A stretch of DNA of 64,000 nt from Minisyncoccota bacterium (GCA_040879685.1 JBBDJW010000005.1:21741-85740); one strand, 5' to 3'; counted from the stretch's first letter, positions 19,496 to 29,762 are shown. Numbers and translations: made by a program. Notes: generated by a model from the letters alone, not told the origin.

Positions 19496-20837
19496 ACACT
19501 TCTAACTTTTTAGCGGCACTACGCAGACGAGAAATTGTTTCTTTTTTTCCAAAGAATTCAGAGAGCGTAAAGGGATCGGGAGAGTGCTCTTTTCCTGAAA
19601 GTGCAAAACGCATTGGCCACAGAACACCCCCCCTCCCCTCTTTCTCTGCATACTCCCACACCGCTTCTTTTATTTTTTCTTTACTAAAAAACTTCTCGTC
19701 TAGTTCTGTTAAAAGCGAAGCGACACGAAGGACTCGTTCCTGTGTTCGCTCTTTGTCCGTCTCGCCTTTCCATAAAAGTTTTTTCGTCTCATAGTGAGGT
19801 TCAATAAAAAAATAAGAAAGCGCATCGTCTTTATGAAGCTTTTCAATGTCTTGAAAAGTATCAATGTGTTCTGTTAAAATTCTGCGTGCGCGCAGTACTT
19901 TTTCCTTAAAGTTTGGTAGTGCGGATAATGCATGCGGAAAAAAAGTAGTTGCCTGTGTGAGCCATTCACTATCAGTTAAGTTTTTTATATGCCGACGATT
20001 AAGCCAGTGCAATTTTTGATAATCAAAAATTGCACCACCCTTTCCAATGTGTTCAAAGGAAAAGTATTTTGTGAGCTCGGAAAGCGAAAAAACATCTTCT
20101 TTTTGTTGCCGTATCTCTTCTGCCGGAGCCCAACCAAGAAACGCCATATAATTAAGAAGGGCTTCTGGTAAATAACCCTCTGCCTTAAAATCGCCCACAG
20201 AAGTTGCTCCGTGGCGTTTAGAGAGCTTAGACCTATCTTCACCCAAAACAAGCGGTAAATGGGCGTATTTGGGCCTCAGAGCGCCGAGAGCGTCTTGTAT
20301 CAGTATCTGGCGAGGAGTATTTGAAATATGGTCTTCTCCGCGGATAATGTGGGTAATCCCCATTTCATGGTCATCCACCACAACCGCCAAATGATAGAGG
20401 GGGTCACGGACACTCTTTGCGATAATAAAGTCACCCAAATCGGCAGTGTCCATCTCAATTTCACCACGTACAAGGTCGGTGAAACTTACTTTAATATTTG
20501 GGTTTTTAAAGCGGATGACCATGCTCTCCTCTCCGTCTTTCTCTTCTTTTGACTCGTAGGCACTACCGCTTTGTAGGAGGCCTTGTACATGTTTTTCATA
20601 AATATCCCCTCGTCTGCTTTGATAGATAATTTCACCACTATACTTCAAGCCAAGCCACGCAAGTCCTTCTAAAATGTCTTTTTCATATTCTTCCCTGCTA
20701 CGCTGTATATCGGTGTCCTCAATGCGTAAATACATCTCTCCACCATAGTGCGTGGCGGCAAGAAAGTTAAACAGTGCTGTGCGAGCAGAACCTATGTGCA
20801 AATTTCCCGTTGGCGACGGAGCAAAACGAGTCTTCAT
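19485..20837 (-). CDS. gltX: Glutamyl-tRNA synthetase
   Basis: RFAPSPTGNLHIG, RIEDTD, RGEDH, KLSKRH. Start at 20837, or 20858 as an alternative. Confidence 0.97.
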   Translation of the reverse strand: MKTRFAPSPTGNLHIGSARTALFNFLAATHYGGEMYLRIEDTDIQRSREEYEKDILEGLAWLGLKYSGEIIYQSRRGDIYEKHVQGLLQSGSAYESKEEKDGEESMVIRFKNPNIKVSFTDLVRGEIEMDTADLGDFIIAKSVRDPLYHLAVVVDDHEMGITHIIRGEDHISNTPRQILIQDALGALRPKYAHLPLVLGEDRSKLSKRHGATSVGDFKAEGYLPEALLNYMAFLGWAPAEEIRQQKEDVFSLSELTKYFSFEHIGKGGAIFDYQKLHWLNRRHIKNLTDSEWLTQATTFFPHALSALPNFKEKVLRARRILTEHIDTFQDIEKLHKDDALSYFFIEPHYETKKLLWKGETDKERTQERVLRVASLLTELDEKFFSKEKIKEAVWEYAEKEGRGGVLWPMRFALSGKEHSPDPFTLSEFFGKKETISRLRSAAKKLEVYEK

Positions 20838-20888
20838 ATTTTTTGTTTTGTTAACCATATTATAATGCGTAACACTCCTCGGTAGACC

Positions 20889-22016
20889 CTATAGTTCATG
20901 CGAGAGTCCAATCTCCAATGCTTCGTGAGCTATGGCAGTTGCTGCGCCGTCATCAAAAAAGTTTTTTGCCGCCGTACTCATTGTATCGTAAATTGCTTTG
21001 TTGCTTATGATGCGTTTTATCTCGCTTAAAAGTACATGTGGTGTGAGGTTCTCCTCTTCAATGACAACACTTGCACCGGTACGAGCGTAGGTAAAGGCAT
21101 TTTTTCTTTGATGGTCTCCTTGTGAGTGCGTAATGGGAATAAGAATGCTGGGGATACCCCAGGCAGCAATTTCAAAAATAGTTGAACCCGAGCGCGACAC
21201 AACAAGTGAAGCAACACCCGCGGACATACGCATCGCAAGAGGGTTAAGGTAAGCAAATGGCTTGTAGCGAGAAGCATTCTCGTTTTTATTTAAAATGACA
21301 CTCGCAGTTTTTTTAACTGACTCATTATGGAGAACTCCTGTTTGATGAATGACCTGATATTCAGAAAGAAGCTCTGGAAGAACATCCATAACAGCCTCAT
21401 TTATTTTTTGAGCGCCTTGAGAACCTCCCATAATAAGGAGCGTTGGTGTTTTTTCTGAAAGCTTAAGATATTCATAGGCACCGCGTGAAAGCGGTCTAAT
21501 AAGGTCGCGGCGCACAGGAAGCCCAACAACGGCAACCTTCTCTTTTGGAAAAAAGGAGGCTGCTTCGCTCCAAGCCACGGCAATGCGTCGCGCAAACTTT
21601 GAGGCCCATTTATTAGCACGTCCCGGATATGAATCTGATTCATGAATAATAACAGGAATGTTAAAAAGTCGTGCTGCAAAAAGCGCAGGGATACTTGCAT
21701 AGCCTCCTTTGCTTATCACTACATCGGGAAAGATAAAAAAGACATCAATAATAGCCATAACAATACCGATCGCCATTTTAACCATATCTATATAATTCCA
21801 AAGAGAGAAATAGAGGCGCCTCTTCCCTGCAAGAACTTTGTGAAAGGTGATGTCGTTTTCAAAAAGAAGTTTCTTGTCATAGGGTGCGGTAGACATATAG
21901 TGAAGGTCTGCCGGCAAAAGTTTTCTTTCGTCAGTTGTTTTGTGTATTTCTTCTGCTATGGCGATAAGCGGATAGAAGTGTCCTGCACTACCGCCTCCGG
22001 TTAAGAGAATCTTCAT
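20889..22016 (-). CDS. murG: Undecaprenyl-PP-MurNAc-pentapeptide GlcNAc transferase
   Basis: TGGGSAGHFYP, KGGYAS, HESD, GGSQGA, HQRKNA. Confidence 0.96.
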   Translation of the reverse strand: MKILLTGGGSAGHFYPLIAIAEEIHKTTDERKLLPADLHYMSTAPYDKKLLFENDITFHKVLAGKRRLYFSLWNYIDMVKMAIGIVMAIIDVFFIFPDVVISKGGYASIPALFAARLFNIPVIIHESDSYPGRANKWASKFARRIAVAWSEAASFFPKEKVAVVGLPVRRDLIRPLSRGAYEYLKLSEKTPTLLIMGGSQGAQKINEAVMDVLPELLSEYQVIHQTGVLHNESVKKTASVILNKNENASRYKPFAYLNPLAMRMSAGVASLVVSRSGSTIFEIAAWGIPSILIPITHSQGDHQRKNAFTYARTGASVVIEEENLTPHVLLSEIKRIISNKAIYDTMSTAAKNFFDDGAATAIAHEALEIGLSHEL

Positions 22017-22072
22017 AATTAGATTGTTAAGTGTTAGGGATACCGTAAACTATGTTATGTAGTATGTAGTAT

Positions 22073-23161
22073 TTATCGGGCATATTTTGAAATATTTAAC
22101 AAAATACCAACAGCAGCCAAAGAAACAACAAGTGATGAGCCCCCATGTGAGACAAACGGAAGAGGAATGCCCGTGAGAGGAAAAACATTTAAAATACCAC
22201 CAATGTTTAAAAAGGCCTGCCCTGTAATTAGTATAACAATTCCTAAAGCCGTGAGTCTAGAAAAATGATTAGGTGCATGCCGAGCGATGCGGAGCCCACG
22301 AAGAGCAAAAGCAGTAAAGAGGGCAACAAGAAAGACACTACCTATGAAACCGAATTCTTCGGAAAAGACAGCAAAAATAGAGTCGGCTATCGGTTCTGGC
22401 AAGTATTGAAATTTTTGTATCCCCTGCCCAAATCCACGCCCCGTTAATTCTCCCGAACCTATTGCAATCAAAGACTGCTGGATCTGGTAGCCGGCGCCTT
22501 GCGGATCTAGCGCGGGGTTTATAAAGGTCATAATTCTCTCCCACACATAGAAGCGAGAGAGAGAAAGAATGACAACACCTACTACACCGCCGGCAATGGA
22601 GAGAGCAATATGTTTCCACGGTGCTCCATTTGCAATGTACATCACAAAAAGAGAGGTAGCTATAATGAGGAAGGTTCCTGTATCCGGTTGGCTTAAAAGA
22701 AGTGCTCCTATAAGAGAAGTGAGAAGTACAAAAGGGATAAGTCCATAACGAATGTCACGGACTCTCCTGTGCATCGCACCGAGCCATGTTGCAAAATAGA
22801 GAACGGAGGCAATCTTTAATAACTCTGACGGCTGAAAAGAAACAGGACCCAATGAAAGCCAACGGCGCGCACCTCCATACTCAAAAGAAAGAGCGTCTAT
22901 AAAAAGCAAAAGCATTAAAAAAAGCGAGAATGCAAAAAAAAGTAGGGAATATTTGCGGAGGAGTTTGTAATTGATATGTGCCGTTATAAAAAGGGCGATA
23001 AGACCTAAGACAAGTGCAAAAAATTGATTAAAAATAAGGGCAAAAAACTGCGCTCCTTCACGGGCGTGTTGCCCAAGTGATGCAGATAAGAAAATAAAAA
23101 AACCGCTCACCAAAAGTGCGGCAACAATTCCTAAAAACCACTTATCAACTCCACGAAGCAT
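22073..23161 (-). CDS. ftsW: SEDS family peptidoglycan polymerase FtsW
   Basis: GARRW, FQPSE, QPDTGT, GYQ..QS, LPEP.AD, LPFVSHGGSS. Lies between mraY and murG. Confidence 0.93.
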   Translation of the reverse strand: MLRGVDKWFLGIVAALLVSGFFIFLSASLGQHAREGAQFFALIFNQFFALVLGLIALFITAHINYKLLRKYSLLFFAFSLFLMLLLFIDALSFEYGGARRWLSLGPVSFQPSELLKIASVLYFATWLGAMHRRVRDIRYGLIPFVLLTSLIGALLLSQPDTGTFLIIATSLFVMYIANGAPWKHIALSIAGGVVGVVILSLSRFYVWERIMTFINPALDPQGAGYQIQQSLIAIGSGELTGRGFGQGIQKFQYLPEPIADSIFAVFSEEFGFIGSVFLVALFTAFALRGLRIARHAPNHFSRLTALGIVILITGQAFLNIGGILNVFPLTGIPLPFVSHGGSSLVVSLAAVGILLNISKYAR

Positions 23162-23164
23162 ATC

Positions 23165-24226
23165 CTAAATCAAAGCTATAACAGTTCCAATAATTGCCAA
23201 GACTGCGCCAATAACCCAAAAACGCATTACTACCTTATACGAAGGCCAGCCAATCGCTTCAAAATGATGGTGAAGGGGTGCAATTTTAAAAAGCTTTTTC
23301 CCCCGAACCTTTTTAGAAAGCACCTGAAGGATATTTGAAAGTACCGTTACTACAAGAATGCCACCAATAATCGGCAAAACAGCAATGCCAACTCCTCCTC
23401 CAAGAGAGTCTGTCATAAAGGCTAAGACGGCAATGGTTAACGTCAACCCCATAGTACCTGTGTCTGTCATATAAAATCGTGCTGGAGGAATGTTAAACCA
23501 CAAAAAAGCAAGAAGCGCACCAACAGTTGTTGCAGAGAAGGCCGCGACATCAACTTGCCCTTGGGAAAATGCAATAATACCGTACGAAGCAAAGATAGGA
23601 ATAAAGACTCCTCCTGAGAGGCCATCTATGCCATCTATAACTCCGCTTGCGTAGAGTGCTAGAGAGACGAGAATAAAGAGTGGGATGATAAGCCACCCTA
23701 CAAAGAGCGGGTCTGCAAAAGGAATGCCTATCTCGGCTACTCCAAGCTTTTCATAAAACCACCAGCCAATAAAAAGAGAAAGAAGCACAACAATAGCAAG
23801 CCGATAGCGTAGTTTAAGAGTGCTTCTTTTTGGGAGAATGTCGTAGAGATCGTCCATAAGGCCAACAAGTGAGCCGACCATAAGTGTTGCAAGAGGAATC
23901 CATGTTCCACTTCGACTAAAAAAGTCGAGATTTTCAAAAAAATAAGGAAATTGTTCTGCCAAGAGGGCAATTCCGAGTGTAGTGATAAGGATACTTACCC
24001 AAATAATAATACCTCCCATGCGCGGGGTTTTTACTTCCCCCTCTGCGTGTAATTTATTAAATTCATGAGCAACACCTCCATCCAAGGCGTACTTACCACC
24101 CTCTTTTTTCCATGCCTTGTATTTATAGAGGTAATGCGTGAGGACTGGCGTCAATGCCATCCCAATAAAAAATGCCACGAGCGAGGGCACAAAAACTTTG
24201 AGAACATTTACTACTTCTGCCTCCAT
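23165..24226 (-). CDS. mraY: Phospho-N-acetylmuramoyl-pentapeptide transferase
   Basis: KTPRMGG, DD, IDGIDGLSGG, FNIPPA, APLHHHFE. Confidence 0.95.
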   Translation of the reverse strand: MEAEVVNVLKVFVPSLVAFFIGMALTPVLTHYLYKYKAWKKEGGKYALDGGVAHEFNKLHAEGEVKTPRMGGIIIWVSILITTLGIALLAEQFPYFFENLDFFSRSGTWIPLATLMVGSLVGLMDDLYDILPKRSTLKLRYRLAIVVLLSLFIGWWFYEKLGVAEIGIPFADPLFVGWLIIPLFILVSLALYASGVIDGIDGLSGGVFIPIFASYGIIAFSQGQVDVAAFSATTVGALLAFLWFNIPPARFYMTDTGTMGLTLTIAVLAFMTDSLGGGVGIAVLPIIGGILVVTVLSNILQVLSKKVRGKKLFKIAPLHHHFEAIGWPSYKVVMRFWVIGAVLAIIGTVIALI

Positions 24227-24257
24227 AAGGCTATCATAACATGAATTATAACAATAA

Positions 24258-24299
24258 AAATCCCCGTGTTTGTGTAGAAATACACAAACACGGGGATTT
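24258..24299 (-). terminator. Long hairpin terminator of the orphan gene
   Basis: 19-bp perfect stem AAATCCCCGTGTTTGTGTA-GAAA-TACACAAACACGGGGATTT, T-rich tail on the minus strand. Confidence 0.75.
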
Positions 24300-24310
24300 C
24301 AGAGTAGCAA

Positions 24311-24691
24311 TTATGCTGCTCTGAAATGATACGGCGCCTTTCGGGCAATGTTGATCTTTGTCAACACCGCCCGTTGTCTGCCAGTGAGTTCACATCGCTC
24401 CCCTTGAAAACACTCCAGTGGAACAGCATTTTTATACCCCACTAGCCCGCCGATGTTGCATGAGCCGGCAAATTGCTTAATCCACAGCTCTTTGCCATTA
24501 CTTCCAACAAGCAAAACACACGGCGGTTCGCATTTTCCCTGGAAGACCGATTCTTTTTTATAGAGGGCAACATTTGCAACATCGCCCTCAAGAACATCCT
24601 CAAAGGTTGCCCCTGGGGTTGCAAGTTTTTCAATTTCGCACAAGTGCTTTTGACTTTCTTTTCTTCGCTCAGACCTTGTCTTGGCAACCAT
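24311..24691 (-). CDS. Hypothetical protein (orphan)
   Basis: 126-aa ORF with AAGGAG SD, an upstream TTGACA and a downstream terminator. No motif recognised. Confidence 0.7.
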   Translation of the reverse strand: MVAKTRSERRKESQKHLCEIEKLATPGATFEDVLEGDVANVALYKKESVFQGKCEPPCVLLVGSNGKELWIKQFAGSCNIGGLVGYKNAVPLECFQGERCELTGRQRAVLTKINIARKAPYHFRAA

Positions 24692-24799
24692 AGCATAGCT
24701 CCTTATATATATGAATTTAAAAAAAACTTCTTTACCGCTTCTTGTCTTTTATCATATATAGTCTATCTTGTCAATATCTCGTGTGGTAGATTCAATAGC

Positions 24800-25071
24800 G
24801 TCAAAAGCTTAGCTTTTGACAATGGGGGCAGGAAATTATAAAACCGTCAAATTGTGCACTATCCAATGTTGAAATTAATTATGGAACTCACCCCAAGAGG
24901 AAAAACTTCTGGGAGAGGTATGCTTCTAAAACACCTCTGTAGAGCTGTTTTAGAGACTATTTTAGAGAAAGAATTTCTTCATAATTATATATTTGATGCT
25001 ATAGCATTAAATATATAATTTCCTCCGCCGAGAAATTATGCCTAAGTGTCAAAAGCTAAGCTTTTGACACT
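24800..25071. repeat. Pair of REP-like palindromes family B in inverted orientation
   Basis: GTCAAAAGCT-T-AGCTTTTGAC at 24800-24820 and AGTGTCAAAAGCT-A-AGCTTTTGACACT at 25045-25071. Confidence 0.85.
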
Positions 25072-25161
25072 ACGGGAATAAAATCAAAAAACTGTTTCGC
25101 CTACTGCGCGACGGTTTTTTATTCCTATAGCAACCTACAGCAATGGTAATAATATCTTTTT

Positions 25162-26115
25162 CTATTTATCCTGTTCGGTGTACTCCAAGTATTCAAATGT
25201 TGCCCAGATTAGCTGTGCGACATCGGAAAACCTGCCCTCTCGGCTTGAACCGAGCACAACAACAACCATAGGACGCGCAAGACCGGCATCAAAAGCAACC
25301 GCTAGATTTCCTCCCGCAAGGTAGGTGAAGCCAGTCTTGGAGCCAATAACTGCAGGAAGGGTGTTGACGAGTTCATTGGTGTTCGTCGCAGAGTGTACAT
25401 AATTACTTAACGAGGTAAGTGTTTTTTCCTTGTGTGTTGTTTCCTCAAGAATCTGCGGATGATGCTCCATAATATAAGCAAAAAGTTTTGCAACGTCATA
25501 CGCACTTCCATAGGCGCCACTTATCTCTGAAGAAATATCAAGCCCCGAAGGGTCAAGAAGATAGGTTTGATCCAGATTCGCTCTTTGTATCGTTTCAAGT
25601 ATTTTGTAAGAAAAAATATCCTGCGCATTTATATCTTCCTTTTTACCCAACAGAGAAACCGCCTCTGCAAGAGCCACAGCGCCATCATTTGATGACGTGA
25701 TAAGAGTTAGGGCGATAAGGTCAGAGGGATTCCACAGCTCTCCCGTAAGAAAGCCAGAGTCCCCTTCTTTTGCTATGGCGGATTTTGTAATTATCACCGA
25801 TTCATCTGCGTCTATGTTCTCTGTTGCAACAATCGCTGTCAAAAGCTTTGCAAGTGAGGCAAGAGGAAGCTGGTCAGTCTCGTGTTGTCGGTAAAGAATC
25901 CTCCCTGTATTGATATCAAAAACAATAGCCGATTGTGCCTCTAAACTGATTACCTTGTATGGATTTATAGTTCCTTTATGGATCGGGGTAGTTTTATGCA
26001 CTGCGAGCTCTTCTTTCCCTGCGCCAAAAAACAACGCAAAAAGTACCAACATCACACCAAGCGTTACTTGGATTTTATGAGGGCTATGCGGATCTTGTAA
26101 AAGCTCATTATTCAT
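25162..26115 (-). CDS. D-alanyl-D-alanine carboxypeptidase (peptidase S11)
   Basis: ASLAK (SxxK), SSN, KTGFT..AG, N-terminal TM helix. Confidence 0.9.
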   Translation of the reverse strand: MNNELLQDPHSPHKIQVTLGVMLVLFALFFGAGKEELAVHKTTPIHKGTINPYKVISLEAQSAIVFDINTGRILYRQHETDQLPLASLAKLLTAIVATENIDADESVIITKSAIAKEGDSGFLTGELWNPSDLIALTLITSSNDGAVALAEAVSLLGKKEDINAQDIFSYKILETIQRANLDQTYLLDPSGLDISSEISGAYGSAYDVAKLFAYIMEHHPQILEETTHKEKTLTSLSNYVHSATNTNELVNTLPAVIGSKTGFTYLAGGNLAVAFDAGLARPMVVVVLGSSREGRFSDVAQLIWATFEYLEYTEQDK

Positions 26116-26666
26116 GATTCATTTTTATCCTCTTCTTTTTTAAAATTTTTCTCAAAATGAGCAATTTCTTCTTGGACAGTGCTGAATTCAGGCAGTTCGT
26201 TTTTCTTTGAGATGCCAAGATATGAAAAGAGTTCCGTTGTTGGACTATAGACGTAGGCTCGCTTATCTAGTTTATGAGGTACCCTCTCTACAAGACCACG
26301 AATAAGAAGATTTCGTAAAATAAAACTTGAATTGACTCCTCGTATATAGTCTATCTGTGCCTTAGACACAGGTCCTTTATACAACACAATGGTAAGTGTC
26401 TCAAGCGATGCCTTTCCGAGGTCTTTCTCTCTCTCTTCTTTGGTGAGGTCTTCTATCAACTCGCTCATTTCTCTGTCTGTTGCTAACGAGACCTCTTTGT
26501 CATTTTGGATAAGTGTAATGCCATGTCCAGAAAGCCGCTCCTCTAACACAGGGAGCGCTTTTTTAAGCTCATCGCGCGAGATACCCAAAAGCCTTTCAAG
26601 TATCTGATGGCTCATTGGCTCACTTTTATAAAAAAGCAGTGCTTCAATTTTTGCTGATAAATCCAT
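26112..26666 (-). CDS. scpB: Segregation and condensation protein B
   Basis: IEALLF, LETL.IV.Y..PVS..ID.IRGVNS, L.RGL. Confidence 0.94.
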   Translation of the reverse strand: MDLSAKIEALLFYKSEPMSHQILERLLGISRDELKKALPVLEERLSGHGITLIQNDKEVSLATDREMSELIEDLTKEEREKDLGKASLETLTIVLYKGPVSKAQIDYIRGVNSSFILRNLLIRGLVERVPHKLDKRAYVYSPTTELFSYLGISKKNELPEFSTVQEEIAHFEKNFKKEEDKNES

Positions 26667-26670
26667 AGTA

Positions 26671-27396
26671 TTAGTAATGTGGCGTATCTACCTCGGCACG
26701 TCCCATTGTAATATCTCCAAAGTGTTTTTGTTGCTCTGCGGTGATTACCCCCCGTCGCACCAACTCAAGCATTGCAAGAAATCCAATCACAATAGTTACC
26801 CTTTCCTTCTGCCCTCCTGAAAATTCCTTAAAAGAAACTGAGAGAGCAGAGTTAATTCGCTCCGTTAAGGAGTCAATCACCTCTTTTAAAGAAAGCATCT
26901 TTTTCATTACGACCTGGGGCACATACTCTATTTTTGGTAATGATTGAATAACTCGGTAGATAGCAGAAAGAAGATTGCTCTTTGTAATCTCTGCTGTCGG
27001 TGAAAAAACCGGCTCTAAGGAAGGTGTTTTACTTTTCTGATAGAGAACTTTTTTTCCAAAATGATTTTGAATATAAACACTTAATTCTCTGAAACGTTTG
27101 TACTGCATAAGTTGTTCCTCAAGGCTTTCAATGCTCTCCTCTTCTTCATCTTTAAGCTTTAGGTTTGGCAAAAGTGAACGAGATTTTATCAAGACAAGCG
27201 TTGAGGCAACGAGAATAAACTCTGCCGTATGTCGCAGGTGCACACTCTCAGCTTCTTCCAGATATGAAAGATAGTCATCTGTAATTGCCGCGAGAGATAC
27301 ATCGCTTATGTGCATTTTTCGCTCTTCAATAAGGGTCAAGAGCAGGTCCAAGGGACCTTCAAAACTTTCAAGCTTTACTCGGTAATTTTCAACCAT
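26671..27396 (-). CDS. scpA: Segregation and condensation protein A (kleisin)
   Basis: FEGPLDLLL, IKSRSLLP, FLAMLEL, Q..FGDI. Start moved to ATG 27396. Confidence 0.94.
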   Translation of the reverse strand: MVENYRVKLESFEGPLDLLLTLIEERKMHISDVSLAAITDDYLSYLEEAESVHLRHTAEFILVASTLVLIKSRSLLPNLKLKDEEEESIESLEEQLMQYKRFRELSVYIQNHFGKKVLYQKSKTPSLEPVFSPTAEITKSNLLSAIYRVIQSLPKIEYVPQVVMKKMLSLKEVIDSLTERINSALSVSFKEFSGGQKERVTIVIGFLAMLELVRRGVITAEQQKHFGDITMGRAEVDTPHY

Positions 27397-27397
27397 A

Positions 27398-28762
27398 TTA
27401 TTCGGAGAGCCGTGTATCAATTCTATCATTGTCGGAAAGACGCGTATCAATACGATGCATATCGCGAGGAAACGGCGTTGCAAGTTTTACATTCGGAAGC
27501 TCGAGCATTCGTGCTGTAAAACGTTCAAGCCCTGTTGAGCATCCACCATGGGGCGGGATGCCGTATTTATGCATTTGAAGATAGAAAGAGAATTTTTCAG
27601 GATCCAACCCTCGCTCTTTAAGTGTTTTTATAAGATGTTCATAATTATGGTATCGTTGACTACCACTGTTTATCTCAAGTCCACGGAAAAGAAGGTCGAA
27701 ACTCCTCGAGTACGTCGGGTTATCAGGGTCAGGATATGTATAGAAAGCACGTTTTGCTGTTGGGAAGTGTGTAATAAACACAAAGTCAGAACCATGTTCT
27801 TTGCAAGCCCACTCACCTATTTTTCGCTCATGTTCTGGCTCAAGATCTGGCTCTCCAATAGCATCAATGCTAAATTCTTTTTTAAGAATTTCTTGTGCCT
27901 CAGTAAGTTTTAAAGAAGGAAACTCTTCTTTAGGAAGTATGGGAGTTTCTATTCCAAAACGTGTAAATACATCTAAATGTTTCTCTATAACACGCTCTAC
28001 AGTTTTTCGAATAACATGCTCTAGAACACTCATTACGTCAGTGTGGTCTTTGATAAATGCAAGCTCAAAGTCCATCTGTGTAATCTCGCTTAAATGGCGT
28101 GTCGTTGCATGCTTTTCCCCTCGAAAGATTTTTGCAATGGTGAATACTTTTTCAAAAACACCCGTCATGATTTCTTTATAGAGTTGTGGGCTTGTTGCGA
28201 GGAAGGCTGTCTTTTCATTATAATATGCAACTTTAAATGCAGCCGCACCCCCTTCAGCATCCTCTCCTACAAGTGCGGGAGATTGAAACTCAATAAACTC
28301 TGCATCAATAAGGGCCTTGCGATATGCTTCTAGAATCGTTGCCTGCACAGTGAAGATGTCCCTTCCTTTTTGTGTTCTTAGTGTTAACGGAAGATAGTCA
28401 AAATATGTATCAAGGTTTATATCACCATTTTTATCAAAAGGAAGCTCGGCGGAAGGAGAGAGGATGACGATATCTTCTATTCCAAGCTCAATATCTCCGG
28501 TCGGCAGTTTGTCATTAACCATATTCTCCGGTCTTTTTTTAACCGTTCCGGTAACTTCAACCACCCATTCCGCATGAAGTTTTTGGGCGTCGTTATGTGC
28601 CTTTTCTTCTTTAGGGGTCACTACTGATTGAATGACTCCGGTTCTATCGCGAATATCTAAAAAGGTAAGTTTGCCATGATCACGAGCACTATCAACCCAA
28701 CCGGCAATTTTTACCTCTTTGTCAATATGATTCTTTAATTCATTTATATAAATTCTTTTCAT
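27398..28762 (-). CDS. aspS: Aspartyl-tRNA synthetase, archaeal-type and probably non-discriminating (no GAD insertion)
   Basis: OB fold RDHGKL.FLD.RDR, EGGA, SPQLYK, FRGEKH.TTRH, GLEINSGSQR, PPHGG..GLER. Start at 28762, or TTG 28777. Confidence 0.9.
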   Translation of the reverse strand: MKRIYINELKNHIDKEVKIAGWVDSARDHGKLTFLDIRDRTGVIQSVVTPKEEKAHNDAQKLHAEWVVEVTGTVKKRPENMVNDKLPTGDIELGIEDIVILSPSAELPFDKNGDINLDTYFDYLPLTLRTQKGRDIFTVQATILEAYRKALIDAEFIEFQSPALVGEDAEGGAAAFKVAYYNEKTAFLATSPQLYKEIMTGVFEKVFTIAKIFRGEKHATTRHLSEITQMDFELAFIKDHTDVMSVLEHVIRKTVERVIEKHLDVFTRFGIETPILPKEEFPSLKLTEAQEILKKEFSIDAIGEPDLEPEHERKIGEWACKEHGSDFVFITHFPTAKRAFYTYPDPDNPTYSRSFDLLFRGLEINSGSQRYHNYEHLIKTLKERGLDPEKFSFYLQMHKYGIPPHGGCSTGLERFTARMLELPNVKLATPFPRDMHRIDTRLSDNDRIDTRLSE

Positions 28763-28826
28763 TTTTTTCTTTTCCAATTATCGTTTTTTTTTCAAAAAAA
28801 CCATAATTGGGAATGCATACTACTTT

Positions 28827-29762
28827 TTACAACGTAACGCCTATCTTTTGTTTAACCTCATCCATTTTTATTGAAGCTATCCCCTGTGCCCGCAAGGCTC
28901 CTTCTTTTAATAATATTTCAACATCCACATCACGCACCATCGCTCTTTTTTCACGCAGAGGTGCAATATAAGCATCAACATCTTCAACGAGGGCATTTTT
29001 GAGATCTTGATATTTCCCTTTTTTCTCCTCATAGAGAACGGCGAGTTCTTCCTCGTTCTTGAAAAGTTTATGAATTGCATAGACATTGCGCGGTACCGTG
29101 CCCTCTGAATCGGTTAGAATTCCCATAACCGCTCTTTCAATTTCTTCGCGTGAAGCAAAAAGAGGAATGGTGTTGTTGTAGCTCTTGCTCATCTTCTGCC
29201 CATCAGTACCGGGGACGACGCCGACCGCGTCTAAAATTTTCTCTTGCGGGAGTTTGAAAGTCTCGCCATAGGCATTGTTAAATTTTCCCGCCGCTTCTCG
29301 TGCATATTCAACATGCTGGCGCTGATCTGAGCCGACAGGCACAACATCCGTGTCGTAGAGAAGAATATCTGCCGCCATAAGCATTGGATAATTAAAAAGG
29401 CCAGCATTGGGCTCAAGCCCTTTTGCAACCTTATCTTTATACGCGTGTGCTTGCATTAAAAATGGCACACTTACCAAACACTCTAAAACCCATGCCAACT
29501 CGGTGTGTTGTGAGACATCGGATTGCTTGAAGATGGTCGCCTTTTTAGGGTCAACACCCACGGCAATATAATCCTTTACCACCTCATAAATATTTCTCCT
29601 TAAAACTTCCGGATCGCGGGTTGTAGTGAGTGCATGATAGTCAACAACCATCAAAAAGCTCTCATACTCGTGGTAGAGCTCCAGAAAAGGCTTTAAGGAG
29701 CCAAAGTAGTTGCCGATATGAAGGGAGCCGGAAGGCTGAAGCCCTGTGAGCAGTCGTTTCAT
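28827..29762 (-). CDS. trpS: Tryptophanyl-tRNA synthetase
   Basis: TGLQPSG.LHIGNY, YPMLMAADIL, VPVG.DQ.QH, KMSKS, GGAGG SD before ATG 29762. Confidence 0.97.
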   Translation of the reverse strand: MKRLLTGLQPSGSLHIGNYFGSLKPFLELYHEYESFLMVVDYHALTTTRDPEVLRRNIYEVVKDYIAVGVDPKKATIFKQSDVSQHTELAWVLECLVSVPFLMQAHAYKDKVAKGLEPNAGLFNYPMLMAADILLYDTDVVPVGSDQRQHVEYAREAAGKFNNAYGETFKLPQEKILDAVGVVPGTDGQKMSKSYNNTIPLFASREEIERAVMGILTDSEGTVPRNVYAIHKLFKNEEELAVLYEEKKGKYQDLKNALVEDVDAYIAPLREKRAMVRDVDVEILLKEGALRAQGIASIKMDEVKQKIGVTL

